Positions 1 to 22,725 of a DNA stretch of 64,000 bases are shown in pieces. The stretch is from the human T2T-CHM13v2.0 reference genome, Homo sapiens. The DNA lies in NCBI RefSeq assembly GCF_009914755.1, contig NC_060926.1. One strand, written 5' to 3'. Each line of letters opens with the position of its first letter. The first letter of the stretch is position 1. The translations under genes were made by a program, and so were the position numbers. The notes below the pieces were generated by a model. It had not been told where the DNA came from. It made no database searches and saw only the letters and a program-made list of their open reading frames with translations.

Positions 1-124
1 TGCGTAGATCACTTGAGGACAGGAGTTCAAGACCAGCCTGGCCAATATGGTGAAACCTTGTCTCTACTAAAAATACAAAAATTAGCTGGGTGTAGTGGCA
101 TGCACTTGTAATCCCAGCTACTCA

Positions 125-800
<676 letters not shown>

Positions 801-967
801 ACAAATTTTTAAATCCTTATGCCTATTTTCTACCTAACAAATTGTTAGTCTGGGTCTCTCAATCCTGTATTTTGTATAAAGATTCCATATGTTACTGACT
901 TTAAATAGGATTCTAGCTTACTACTGAAGGTGTTTTGAAGGCAGTTCATTTTACCTGAGGCTAACTA

Positions 968-1132
<165 letters not shown>

Positions 1133-1178
1133 TTAGCCGGGCGTGGTGGCAGGTGCCTGTAATCCCAGCTACTCATCA

Positions 1179-1280
<102 letters not shown>

Positions 1281-1679
1281 TCAAATAAATAAATACAGAG
1301 GTCTGTGGCTCCCTAAATATCTGCTTTGCTTCTCCATCTTGAAGACATGGAGAACATAAGGGATTGGAGAGAAAGAGGAGGAAATATGTGCAACCTTCCA
1401 TTTTGTGCTGACCAAGGCAGGAGCACCCACAGGAGGCAGGAGATGCCTGTGGCAGATGATCAGGAAGGAGAGATATTCTTTCCAGAAGCTTAAGGTGTTC
1501 CTCCATTTGGAGGCTTCTTACCACAAGATTTAACCTGCCTAGTTGGGAATCACGTTGATGACACGCGGTGCTAACCAGGAGTAGAAGCAGCTTCTCCTCC
1601 CCACCCCACCCTACCCCCAACTCCTCTGGACTCTGGGCCCCTGCTTGACACAAGGTTTTTACTTGGTAATAATAATTAA

Positions 1680-1920
1680 CTAACATTTATGGAGTGCTTC
1701 CTTTGCCAGGCACTGCTATAAGCATTCAATACATATTACCTTATTTGAATCTTACAAGATTCTTATAAGGTAGATATTATTATTATTATTTCCATTTTAT
1801 AAATGAGGAAATGGGAGCAAAAAAGTTCATCTGTCCAAGGTTGCAGATTACAAGTGGCAGAGCCAGGATTCAAACCCAGACAGTCTGACCCCAGTTCCCT
1901 CTTACTTAAGCATTACTTTG
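1680..1920 (-). mobile_element. MIR SINE
   Basis: MIR core: CCATTTTATAAATGAGGAAATGGG...AAGTGGCAGAGCCAGGATTCAAACCCAGACAGTCTGACCCCAG. Confidence 0.75.
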
Positions 1921-2589
1921 TGCTGCTTCTTATTATCTTACAGATAATTTTCTTCTCTGAGTAGTATCTCAGTTCCCAGCTGTGTTTTAACTTCAAAATA
2001 TTTTTAGCTAGTATCCTCTCTGCCATCGTCATAGGTTTACAGAGAAACAAAAATAATGTCTGTGTGTGTGTGATTATACAAATCATATAACTTCTATTTC
2101 ATAATTATATTAATTAGGGTAACATTAGCAGCTGTTATGGATACAACCCCAAAGTTTCATTTGCCTAACACAATGAAAGACTAGTTCTTGCTAAAGTGCA
2201 AAATAGGTGTTCCTAATCAGAGGATGACTCTCTCCTGACAGGCTTCCATCTTATGGCTTCCCCTTCTAGGAAAATCAGAGATTCTAAGGACGCCATGCTC
2301 TTCCGCATCAAGCAGGAAAGAGAAAGAACTGGAGGCTCATCTGTAAAAGATTATTACGGTCCAGGCCTGGAAGAGGCACACATCACGAGTTCACATCCCA
2401 CTGGCCAGAACTCAGCTGCTTGGGAAGCTGAGGTGGGAGGATCACATGGCCACACCTAGCTGCAAAGAAAGCTGGCAAATCTCAGCCAGGCACGGTGGCT
2501 CACGCCTGTAATTCCAGCACTTTGAAATGCTAGATAACTAATCAGAGGTTAGGTAAAATGGACCACCAACAAGTGAAGACTTTCCCTAA

Positions 2590-3036
<447 letters not shown>

Positions 3037-6027
3037 TGAGTCCAGGAGTTCGAGACCAGCCTGGGCAACATGGTGAAACCCCGTCTCTGCAAAAAATACA
3101 AAAATTACCCGCCTGTAGTACCAGCTGCTCGGGAGGCTGAGGTGGGAGGATCACTTGAGCCTGGGAAGTCAAGGCTGCAGTGAGCCGTGATCATGCCACT
3201 GTACTCCAACATGGCTGACAGAACGAGGCTCTGTCTCAAAATAAATAAATTAATAAATAAATAAATGGAAAATGCAAAGCCACAAGTAATATGACACTTT
3301 GAAGCTTTCACTGATTACTCCCATAGAGAGGTATCAGCTAAGGTCCGGAAGATTTAACCAAGCACAGCCTCCCCAGCTATCAACACTTTTGAGAAGTGTT
3401 TTGATACTTTTTGATAACGTTTGTGGGCAAACATTATCTTATGATAGATAACATCACAATCTCAAGGAGCAAGAAATGGGGCTATTATTTTAGCCCCTTT
3501 TCTGTTTAACCTGTACTTTAATAGACAGATACGACTTTTAGGTCACCTGAATGCATGTCTATATGTCACACTAGATAAAGAGGGGATGATAATGGGGCTT
3601 CTGTATCAAAACTAGGAATAACCCCAAAAAGCAATTGGTCTAAACGTCTATGACCAGAAGAAAACGCATTTCCCGTAATGAAGTAAGATGATAGTTAAGA
3701 TATGTTAAGGCATGGCTTTTAAAACATATTAGCAGCATATGATGACTTTTAAAAAGAAAAAACCCATTCCTTAAAGACCTAGCACGAAATATACATAAAG
3801 TGACTTAATACTTGCCAAAAACATCTCTTGCAACTATGCCCAAAATATGTACATATTTAAGTAAAGGCCAACAGGCAACATTCAAAAACAAAAAGAGTAA
3901 CTGCTATGCTCAGGCAACATAATTATGAGTGGCTTATTTTCTCCTTTCAACATTTTCTCTAATATTTTTACATCTTATTGTTAACCATTTGTTTCTAATT
4001 TATTGCAAAAGAACAAAGAAAAAGAAGAATCCTTTCTTGTTCTTAACACAGCTATAAGAAGCCTTCCACTCTTCAGTAGGAGACAGTCACTATTTTCATC
4101 AAGATTGGCAGAATAAGTAGTTCTAAAGTGAAATGTAGAATTTTTCAAAATTATAGTCCCCTGATCAAGACTGGGGGAAATTAATTTTTTAAAGCATGAG
4201 AAAAGAACACTTTCCTAGAGGATACACAAGCACTGGTCAGTCTTTTCCTAACACTGAGGATGCCCAAAGGCTGTTACTCTGACCAGCACTTTCATTATTA
4301 AGAAGCTGAGAGGTGAGGCTACTCTTTGACTTAGAGAATATTTTATTGGCAGAAGCTCCAAAGAGATCCTTTCTTTAAATATTCACTGTGTTCAGCGTAC
4401 CCTATTACCTCAGGGATTTACTGAGAAATCCAAGAAAGTCTGTTTTGCATCCTTAGGCAAAGGTTAGCTATTTCAGGGGGTTGGTGTATGTGATGTGTTT
4501 TCTTATGGACACCATAATTCTGTCCCTGAAAACCCCTTTTTTCTACAAGGCCTTTTAAACTTCCTGAATATCTTTGAGATTCTTAAGCTCATCAATGAGT
4601 ATCAAAAAGTGCTACCTGTGTCCAAACCCACAATTTCTCACCTTCATTAAAATATCTGCCTTCATTGCCCTATTAGATCCCAGAGAATCTTTGTCTCACT
4701 TACTTGGATATCACTTAAAAATCCAAGAAGATATAGGGACATTTGAAGCTTCCCTGAGAAGTTGAGTTAGAAATTCAGGGCTCTCTCCTTTTTTTTTTTT
4801 TTGAGACTGAGTCTCACTCTGTCACCCAGGCTGGAGTGCAGTGGCGTGATCTCAGCTCACTGCAGGCGCCCACCACCTCGCCCGGCTAATTTTTTGTATT
4901 TTTAGTAGAAATGGGGTTTCATCGCGTTAGCCAGGATGGTCTCAATCTCCTGACCTCGTGATCCACCCGCCTCGGCCTCCCAAAGTGCTGGGATTACAGG
5001 CGTGAGCCACCACGCCCGGCCTGCTCTCTCCTTTATTCTTTTTTTTTTTTTAAGACAGAGTCTTGCTCTGTTGCCCAGTCTGGAGTGCAGTGGCATGATC
5101 TCTGCTCAGTGCAACCTCCGCCTCCCAGATTCAAGCGACTCTCCTGCCTCAGCCTCCTGAGTAGCTGGGATTACAGGCGTGCACCACTACACCCGGGTAA
5201 TTTTTGTATTTTTGATAGAGTTAGGGTTTTACCATGTTGGCCAGGCTGGTGAAATCTGCCTGCCCCAGCCTCCCAAAGTGCTAGGATTACAGGCATGAGC
5301 AACTGCGCCCGGCCTGAATGTCTTTAATAAATGTAACGCCACTATAAACACCAACTATGTGGCCAGGCTATGTATGCACTTACTTTTGAAAAGAGCTTTC
5401 CCAGGAGGGAGCTGTTTTGTTCTCATTGAGTAGAACAGAGTTCTTCCAGGAAGAAGACAGAGTTTAGAGAATGAAAGCTGAAATGTTAAAAAATTTCTAC
5501 TAAATCGGATAATCTTCAACTAGGAAACAATAAAATATACAAAAGTCATATGCAGATACTTAAGTTATAAAGTGAACCATTAATATTTTGCCAGCTATAC
5601 CTAATGACATATTTGGATTATCAATTACTTTCCATTCAAATTGTAAATCTTTTTCTAAGAATGAAAGAACTAAAAACATGAGAGAATCTGGCCATCTCTA
5701 ACAGGAACAGATTATGATACTTAACTCCAAACTTGTGTTAGATAACTTTGATCTACACGGGACACCTGGGATGTAGAATATATTTCATATTTTGTTATTA
5801 ATGATCATCCAGAGATGTCCTAGAAATTTTTTTCTAGTATCTATGCCTTGTTATTCAGACTAATACAATCCAAGATTGTTCTAAAGATGTTTAATTTCAG
5901 TAAACCAGGTATTTATACAAGATTTTCCTCATTCAATCCAAATATGTACATATTTTTACTGTAAACTGGGATAAAAGCAGGTTTAGCCACTTTAGTTTGA
6001 ACTTTACTCTGCTTTTCACTAAAATAA

Positions 6028-6466
<439 letters not shown>

Positions 6467-6804
6467 TAAGGGGCCAGTATTTTAAAGATAACTTTTTAAA
6501 GGGACATTGAATCTAACTCAAATTGAAATTTCTAAACTTATTCTTTCCTTTCCCTACCCAGAAATATCCCCTAGAGATCAAACCCATTCATAATAAGAAA
6601 AATGCAAATTACAATCACACTGCTATGCTGAAATATAAATTTTTACCTATAAAATGTACAAAGATAAACAGCTTTGGTCATATACTGTGTTACAAGTATG
6701 GGAAACCAGGCACTGTTATATTTTACTTAACAGGAGAGGAAATTGATATAACCTCTATAAAGAACAATTAGACAATAGATAAGTATTCTTTTTCCTCTGC
6801 AAAT

Positions 6805-8465
<1,661 letters not shown>

Positions 8466-9495
8466 TTAGGATTTCTCTGTCTAGAATCAGCCTAGGCAAA
8501 CATAAAAGAGAACAAAGCTGATAACGTTGGTTCTCATGTGTCCTTTGTCCTTTGCTCTTTCTACCACTCTCTGTCAAAGGACCTCATTTGTTGGGACACT
8601 TAAGATGTATAGTACTAAAAGGCACTGGGATGCCCTAAGAGAACTAGTCCCTCTTAAGGCCTTTATGTAATCAGCCTATATAATCAGCTGTGTAATCCGC
8701 ATCAAGTAGACTCTATCAAAGGTAGCTCATCTCTCAATGGTTTGTTCAGTCCAGCTGAGATCAACCAACCTGCATATAATCAGAGTTCCTTGAGGGTTCA
8801 GGACTTTGGAAATAATACAGTTTCAAGAACCAAAATAAGACTTGTGGTAAAGATGATTATCGTTAATAACTGTATAACTCTTAACAATTTTCAAACTACT
8901 TCTATATGCATTGGCTCATTTATGATTTATATATTAATAGCAAATATTAATTACTGTATATCCACATTGTACAAAAATTTCAGCATACTCTAGTCACTCC
9001 TGAAGGACCATCATTAATTCCACTTTACAAATGAAGAAATTGAGGTTTAAAGACATTGAGACTCACCCAATATATTCGAGTAAGTATCACAATTAAGACT
9101 TGAGCCCAGCTGGGGATGGTGGCTCACACCTGTAATCCCAGCACTTTGGGAGGTCGAGGCAGGTGGATCACCTGATATCGGGAGTTCGAGACCAGTCTGA
9201 CCAATGTGGAGAAACCCTGTCTCTACTAAGAATACAAAAAGTAGCCAGGTGTGGTGGCGCATACCTGTAATCCCAGCTACTTAGGAGGCTGAGGCAGAAG
9301 AATGGCTTGAACCCAGGAGGCAAAGTTTGTGGCGAGCCGAGGTCCTGCAACTGCACTCCAGCCTGGACAACAAGAGCAAAACAAGAAAAAAAAAAAGAAA
9401 TATATATATATATATATATATAAACATGAGTAAATCTATCTATGTACTGTTTCTCCTTGTGCAATTTATAATAATGCAGTATAACATGTAGCTAA

Positions 9496-9723
<228 letters not shown>

Positions 9724-10696
9724 TGAACTCCTGAACTCAAGTGATCCGCCTGCCTCAGCCTCCCAAAGTGCTGGAATCACAGGCATGAGCCACCGTGCCC
9801 AGCCTTAATATATATTTTTAAGCAGTTTTTGGTTCACAGCAAAATTAAGAGAAAGGTCCAGATTACAAGCGTGAGTCACCACACCTGGCCCAGGTTATGT
9901 TTTTCTTGAGTATTATTACCTTCCTTTAGTTTAAACCTTCCTATGTCATTCTGTTATAGATGTACCTATTGTAAGAAGCATAATCAAATCTGGTAGCTAC
10001 TTGTCTTTCGATGTATGAATTTAATTTACTTATATTTGTTGTTTCAGTAATCTATATAGACTTATTTCTACCATCATTTTTTTTCTTTACTATTTGCAAT
10101 TCTTTTTGTCAGTTTTTTCTCTTTTCTTCCCTGTCTTCTGTTGCACTGATAAATTTTTACAACTTTACTTCACTTTCAAAATCTGTATTTTGTTTTTGTT
10201 TTTGTTTTTGTTTTTGAAACAGAGTCTCACTCTGTTGCCTAGGATGGAGTGCAGTGCAATCTCCACCTCCAGGGGCTCAAGCAATCCGCCTACCTCAGCC
10301 TCCCAAGTACGAGTGACCACAGGCACTCACCACCACGCCTGGCTGATTTTTGTATCTTTTTATAGAGATGGAATTCTGCCATTTTGCCCACGCTGGTCTT
10401 GAACTCCTGGGCTCAAGTGATCCTCCTGCCTTGGCCTCCCACAGTGCTGGGATTACAGGTGTGAGCCACATTGCCTGGTCAAATATTTAGCCTATATTCT
10501 TCACCATAAGTTTTCAATAACATCTAAAATTACTTCCTATTTGTATCCTCTTACTGATTATAAAAAGCACATAAAGGCTGGGCACAGTGCTTCACACTTG
10601 TAATTCCAGCACTTTAGGAGGCTGAGGCAGGTGAATCACCTGAGGTCAGGAGTTCAAGACCAGCCTGGCCAACATGATGAAACCCCACCTCTACTA

Positions 10697-10855
<159 letters not shown>

Positions 10856-10982
10856 TCAAAAAAAAAAAGAAAGTTGGCAAAATGTTAATTATTGCTAAAG
10901 CAGGGTAATGACTACAGTATTTTACAGGACTTAGAATAAACTATCTATTGAACATACACACAATCTTTTGTTTTGTTTTTGA

Positions 10983-11239
<257 letters not shown>

Positions 11240-11791
11240 TGAGCCACCACGCCTGGCCCTTTTTTGTTGTTTTTTAAGAGACTGGGTCTCACTCTGTCGA
11301 CCAGGCCGGAGCACACCAGCACAATCATAGTTCACTGTAACCTGGAACTCCTGGCCTCAAGCAATCCTCCCACCTCAGCCTCCTAGAGTATTAGGATTAC
11401 AGGCATGAGTCACTGCACTCAGCCATGATCTTTTTATTGAGGGGAGTTATTATTTTTATTGTTTTATAAAAACATACAAAAATGTGTTTTATGGGGGACT
11501 GTTCAGCCACATAAATACCTATCCTGATATATTTCATCTGCACCTGTGCTTAGTCTTTCAGTCAGTTGGTTGCTTATGTTTGTATGCCATGCTTTCCCTC
11601 TGGGTGCACTTTTCTTCTTGAGGAGATTCTTAACCATCTCTTCACTGAGAGCCTGTGACAAGTTTTACTTTTATTTTTGAATGATAGTTTAACGGGGCAT
11701 ACAATTCTAGGTTGATGGTTGTTTTTTTTTTCTCAACAAACACTTTCATAATTTTACGTCTTTGTCTTCCGGCATCTATCATTGTTGATGA

Positions 11792-12317
<526 letters not shown>

Positions 12318-12999
12318 TAGAATTTTAAAATGTTTAATTTCCTCAGTTCTCCTTTCCAATCTACTAATATTCTAATCCTTTCTGATCTGAGTTTGTCCCA
12401 GCTATTGACTTCTCTTTCAAGAGCTGCATTTTTATTTCCATTTGTTTTCCTTATATGGATAGTATCCTTTAATTTTTCCTTTTGAGAATGTGACATTGAA
12501 GTTGAGAAAGTAGAAGCCATGGGAACCGGCAGGTCTGGAGTATTCCTGGCAGAGAGGATACCTTTAGGACTGTCTGCTCCTTTACCAGCATTTACTTTCA
12601 ACTTGACCTATAAGCACAGCTTGATTAGCCAGCACATTGACCAAATCTAGAGGCTTCTGGTGCTCTATCCATGCACTTATTACCTAGGTTCAGGGTTGTA
12701 AGTAATGTGATCCATAGACCTTCTGAGTAGCTGACGGGGTCTTGGTCTCATTAAGTGAGCATATACTAACTGACAGAATCTCTACCTTTATTAGGCCAGT
12801 TTAGCCATATTGTATCCCAGAGATAAACACAGCATGAGCTGACTGAGCAAGACTGCATGGTTTTAGTTGGAATGAACAACAAAAGGCAAATTTTTATATT
12901 TACTTATTGTTCCTTTTTTTATTGACCTATAAATGTCCACGTGTTCCAGCACCATTTGTTTTGTTGTTGTTGTTTTGTTTTGTTTTGCTTTGCTTTTAA

Positions 13000-13128
<129 letters not shown>

Positions 13129-14651
13129 TAGTGTCAAATATGCACTTTATGGAAACCAATAAAATAATTCTATACATATAAACAAAACAGTTAAATATCA
13201 CTTAGCATGATCTTGATTGTATATAAAAGAGCGAACTTGGGCATTAAAATCACATGGCAGTGCTCACAAAGGTATTATATGGATGATTTGGATGCTCCAA
13301 ACTGTACTAATATTGGTTTTTTGGGGTTTGTTTTGTTTTGTTTTGTTTTGTTTTGTTTTGTTTTGAGGCAGGGTCTTGCTCTATCACCCAGGTTGGAGTG
13401 CAGTGGCATTATCATAGCTCAACTGCAGCCTTGAACTCTTGGTCTCAAACAATCCTCTCACCTCAGCCACCTGAGTAGCTGGGACTGCAGGTGCATGCCA
13501 CCACAACAAGCTAAATAGTTTCTTTTTTAGAATATTTAATTTGCAACCAAAAAAAGTTTAATCTTGGCTAGAATTTGAAGATACCCAGTTGTAGAATTAT
13601 TGCTCCCACTCCCTATAGATGACTGAGTAGCTGGCTGAGTCTTGGCCTCATTAAGTGCATGTATACTGACAGACAGAATCTTTACCTCCAGTTGGGTGGC
13701 AGTGGCAGTAGGCAATTCTAGTGTTCTTTTCCTCATGCCTCGTCACCTTCAATACCAGAGTCAATCCCACTGATGCCTCTTCTCTCCCTCTTCCCTTCCT
13801 CCTTCTCAACAATTACCATTCTTACAATTGCCCATTTTGTGCCACAGGACAGTACTATACTTTCTGACTGAGAAATTAACATATCCACATTTCTTGTATT
13901 ATCTAATAAAGTGAGCTTTACTATCAGTCTGTCAGACCACTCGGGTGCTGACACACAGCACAGGTAGGTAAGGCGATCCCCTTGGCACAACCACACAGTT
14001 TGCTCACACATAGCACAATGGGCCCACTGGCTGTATGCGTGCCATCCACCAACCTTGAAGTCATGCTGAATGTTTTTCTTTTATAAACTTAATAGTGTTG
14101 GCTTTGTCTAGCATTCGTCATCCTCATTTTTCACAGTGCTTCTAAATTAAGAAATATTTAGATCAAAAGAAGCTGACTAATCTACATTGAGCTTTAAATT
14201 TTTAACTCATTTCTGAAATTCCCTGACAAAGTAAAACAATGTTAAGTTTTTCACATTGCAGAAAAACTCTCATACTTTGGGGCTTGGCTAATTCTAGTAA
14301 GTCTCTTTTTGGATGAAGTAGTTCAAGCACAGAAGCTGTCTTCATGAAAAGAGAAAACTCTCTCCAGTTCCTCCTTAGAAAGAGGTCAGTGCCTTGATGA
14401 TGTTCTCTTCTAGAGAATAATGTACTATGTTTTCCAACAAAGAACCTGCTGTTTCCAATTCAATATTACCTGTCTAAATTCACTACCCAATGCTGGTAGA
14501 GAAAGAATGTTTAGTACAAAAGAAATCTATGGTCTTAGAAACCAACAGATAAAATCAGTTAATATGAAATCAAATTCAAGTTTTTAAAAAATATTTATTC
14601 CATTTAGAAGCAAAGTATGGGTACAGATAATTTCAATAAAATTAATTTTTA

Positions 14652-14774
<123 letters not shown>

Positions 14775-15693
14775 TCACTACTAAAAATACAAAAATAAGC
14801 TGGGTGTGGTGGTGTGCACCAGTAGTCCCAGCTACTCGGGAGACTGAGGCAGGAGAATCAATCACTTGAGCCTGGGAGGCAGAGGTTGCAGTGAGCAGAG
14901 ATAGTGCCACTGCACGCCAACCTGAGCGACAGAGCGAGACTCCATCTCAAATAAATAAATAAATAAATAAATAAATAAACACAATCTGTTAAGATGGGAT
15001 GAAAGTTATCAAAACTGAATTTCCCATGGCTTTTGAGGTTTCCCATGGTCTTCAAGAACTGGTATGATCTGGCCCTTGGGGTGTCCTCCAGCCACAACCC
15101 AGGCCTTATGCCATTTGCTAATTTCGTTTTCCAGGTATGTCAGCCTTCCATCAGCTCCTAGATGAGCTGTTCCTACCACAGGTCCTTTGTATCTATTGTT
15201 TTGCCTGCCTGGGATATTCTTCTGCCTCTTCTCATTTAAATGTCACCTCTTTAAAGAAACCTTCCCTGAGTGCCCTATGCAAGTAGGTCAGCCTCCTTAG
15301 TCCTTGTCACCACACTCTGCCTATTTCCTGCCATAACATTAATCAGAGTCTTACTTTCTTATTGACCGGTTATTGATCATCTGTTCCCCATACAAGAATG
15401 TAAACACCATGAAGACAGGAATCTGATTTGTTTTGCTCTCCTAGACTTTATGTGCCTGGTGCAGAAGTCTACCAGCCAGCGATGTCTTCCTGATACAGCT
15501 GCCTCTGATTTAGAAAAAATCATTAATGTGATTCAAACAGTAAAAGCCAAGACACCTCGATGGATTTCATGCAGAATTATCCACATAACAGAATTTAGGA
15601 TATTCCCTAAAAGCCACAAACCCTAGCTAGTCTTGAGGTTTGAAATTTTGAGTTCAGTTCTGAAATGTTTGTATTATGGTTAATTCTGCACAA

Positions 15694-15712
15694 TGGCCAC
15701 TAGAGGGGGTCA
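15694..15712 (+). promoter_or_regulatory. Candidate CTCF binding motif
   Basis: TGGCCACTAGAGGGGGTCA resembles the CTCF core (TGGCCACYAGRKGGCRC) with mismatches at the 3' end. It lies in apparently non-repeat sequence. Confidence 0.5.
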
Positions 15713-16421
15713 TAGCCAAATACTATACTCTGAAATTTCAGATTTTTCAGAGTTAGAATTTTTTGAAGTTCTGCAGCCCAACCCTACTTTCAGCTTCCCT
15801 GACAGATGTCCATCCCACTTCTTTAAAAACAAACAATATATGATGAAGTCACTACCTCGTGGGACAGACTATTCTTCAGCAGGGCAGCACGTTACTTAGA
15901 AAGTGCTCTTTCTCCTTGACCTATCTGTAACTGCCCCTCCTTGCCTAAAACCATTAAGAGACCCAACACTAGGCCAGGAGCGGTGGCTCATGCCTGTAGT
16001 CCGAGCGCTTTGGGAGGCCGAAATGGGCGGATCACTCGAGGCCAGGAGTTGGAGCCCAGCCTGGCCAACATGGTGAAACCCTGTCTCTACTGAAACTACA
16101 AAAAAATTAACCAGGCGTGTTGGCCAGAGCCTGTGGCCACAGCTACTTGGGAGGCTGAGGCACAAGAATCGCTTCAGCCTGGGAGATGGAGATTACAGTG
16201 AGCCGAGATCTTGTCACTGCACTCCAGCCTGTGGGACAGAGGGAGACTGTCTCAAAAATAAAAATAAGTCAACACTTAGAAGCAGATCTTAAGATGAGGG
16301 GGGAAAGCCAGGCACGGTGGCTCACACCTGTAATCCCAACACTTTGGAAGACTGAGGCAGGCAGATCACTTGAGGCCGGGAGTTCGAGACCAGCTTGGCC
16401 AACGTGGCGAAAGCCCGTCTA

Positions 16422-16568
<147 letters not shown>

Positions 16569-17608
16569 TCATAGCAAAAAAAAAAAAAGAAAAAAAAAAG
16601 AAAAAAAAGAAAATAAGAGAAAAAAGAAAAGAAACCAATGCTACTTTGGGTTCTAAGCTGAGCCATGCTGTCTAGAATATCATTTAGAGTCTTGGCCAGT
16701 CTATGCCAGCATGCTTCCCACCCTTCCCATCCTCAGCCACTGCTCCAGATGGAAGGTCCCTGTGTTTTCTCTCCATTGACCCACTGGCCCACTGCTCGCA
16801 CAGTAAACCTACCTCCAACATTGTCAGCACCCCTCCCATAGGAAACTGCTTAGTTTCTTGCCATGAGTGAAAGCTGGCTGTCCTGAAGAAGGTCTGGCTC
16901 CCCTGCCTTTGTCTCCAGGAAAGGTGGCAGGTTCTCCCAAGGCCCCAATATCCTAAGCAGGATTAGCATTTGCCCAGCTGCCAGCACCGCTCTCAAGGCA
17001 TCACTTCTGCTGGGAGATTTGTGTCATTCTGGTGCTCCACCACCCCTTGTTTACCTACTGGTCAAGCCAGCACAGAAGACTTTGGGTTCTCATGTCAATC
17101 CAGTACCACCCTATTCTGTGCGGATAACTTGTCCATTCCACTCACCCCTTCATTGCGCCCACAACTGGGATCTCACATTGGACCTCACATGGGCCCTAGT
17201 AATTGTCTCTCCAGTTTACTCAGTCCCCATTCCCCATACTATCTCCTGCCTCTCACTAAGCTTCCACTGCATTTGCTCCTCACAGCTCAGCCTTCCACTT
17301 CTTTTCCTATCCAACCTACACTCCCACTATTATTTTTCTGAGCTCCTCAATATCCTTACCCACTTATCTTTCTTCCCTGTTGCCCAGTCAAAACCCCAAC
17401 TGTATAAATCCAACCATTGTCCCTTTTTGTTGCTCCTACACTAAACACTGCTAGTGAAGATAACAATAGCAAATATTTATTGATAACTACTTTACAAGAT
17501 AGCACTATTATTATCAGTAGATAATGAATGAGAAAAACAAGGTCCTGAGGGAATTAGTAAATTGCCCTAGGTTACACAGGGAGTAAGCCACACAATCTGG
17601 CTTAATTA

Positions 17609-17761
<153 letters not shown>

Positions 17762-18009
17762 CTAGGCATGGTGGCATGCACCCAGCTACTCGGGAGGCTG
17801 AGGCAGGAAAGTCACTTGAACCCGGGAGGTGAAGGTTGCAGTGAGCCGGGGCAACAGAGCAAGACTCCGTCTCAAAAAAAAAAAAAAAAGATATAGATGA
17901 TGAGAACATATTTAGCAAGCTTGATCTAGTGGACAAATATAGAACACCGTCTCCAATAAGTAGACAAGCACGCATGCATTTACAAAGATTGACAGTGAAC
18001 TAGGTAAGT

Positions 18010-18595
<586 letters not shown>

Positions 18596-18859
18596 GGCAG
18601 CCCCAGATGCCCAGCCAGGCCTTGGTTCTTCCAGGAGCTGGCCTGGCACACAGCTGGACTTCATAGTTTCCTGCTGAACGTAATGTCACAGAACATCCAC
18701 ATCAGACAAGGCCACCCTGTGACTGTGATGAACCAAACAAAAACAGAACCAGGAACTTGTCCGAAATGACCAAACATCCTCCTTTTCCAGTCAATCTGAG
18801 TCACTGCTCACAGCTACAGCGTGGCTCCACTGAGCCCTTCTCTTCTCCTTTCCTGCAGC

Positions 18860-19265
18860 TGCTGTGGTGGAGTGCCACAGACCTGATGGCTTCAAACAGA
18901 ATATAGCCTCTCTCAGTCCTGGAGTCTAGAAGTCCGAAGTGAAGGGATAGGTGGGGCCATGCTCCCTCTGAAGGCTCCCGGGAGAATCCTTCCCTGCTGC
19001 TTCCAGCTTCTGGTGGCTCCAGGCGTTCCTTGGTTGGACAACTTCAATCTCTGCCTCCACCTTCCCATGGCCTTCTCTGTACCTGTCTCAAATCTGCCTC
19101 TGCTTTTCTCTTCTCCTAGGTAATCCAGGTAATCCAGGATGATCTCCTCTTGAGATCCTTAATTACATCTACAAAGATTCTTTTCCAAATAAGCTCACAT
19201 TTACAGGTTCTGGGGGTTGGGATGTAGACATACCTTTTGGGGGGGCCACCATTCAACCCACTATA
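18860..19265 (-). mobile_element. MLT1 (MaLR) solo LTR
   Basis: CTGGAGTCTAGAAGTCCGAAGTGAAGG, CCATGCTCCCTCTGAAGGCTC, TTAATTACATCTACAAAGA, CACCATTCAACCCACTATA. Confidence 0.8.
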
Positions 19266-19291
19266 CCTTCCCATAAATAAGATTTATTAAA

Positions 19292-20002
<711 letters not shown>

Positions 20003-20100
20003 TGATTGGCCCACCTCAGCCTCCCAAAGTGCTGGGATTATAGGCGTGAAAGATTTGTTTTTGTTGCTATTATTATTTTACCTTTTTTTTTTTTTTTTGA

Positions 20101-21788
<1,688 letters not shown>

Positions 21789-21801
21789 GATCAGGAGTTC
21801 A

Positions 21802-22050
<249 letters not shown>

Positions 22051-22212
22051 TCACAAGTTAGACAGAACTGCCCAGAATGCCCTGCTGAAGAGTTGTAACA
22101 GATAACCCTGTTCCTCCTTAACCTCTCTGTGCTTCATTTGCTCACCTGTAAAATAGTGATCATAGTAGTACCTATCTTGTGGCGATGTAGAGAGGATTAA
22201 ATAAACTAATTA

Positions 22213-22569
<357 letters not shown>

Positions 22570-22725
22570 TCAGAAGTGCCCTAGCCTATGGCTTGCAGTT
22601 ATTAGGGAGATCAGCCTTTCAGCAGGGCATGGAAGAGAAGGCTTTCTACCAATCCCACCCAGAAACCGGAAACAATTTGCCAACAGGGTAGTTTCTCCTC
22701 ACTATTAAAGACTGATGAAAGGGGG

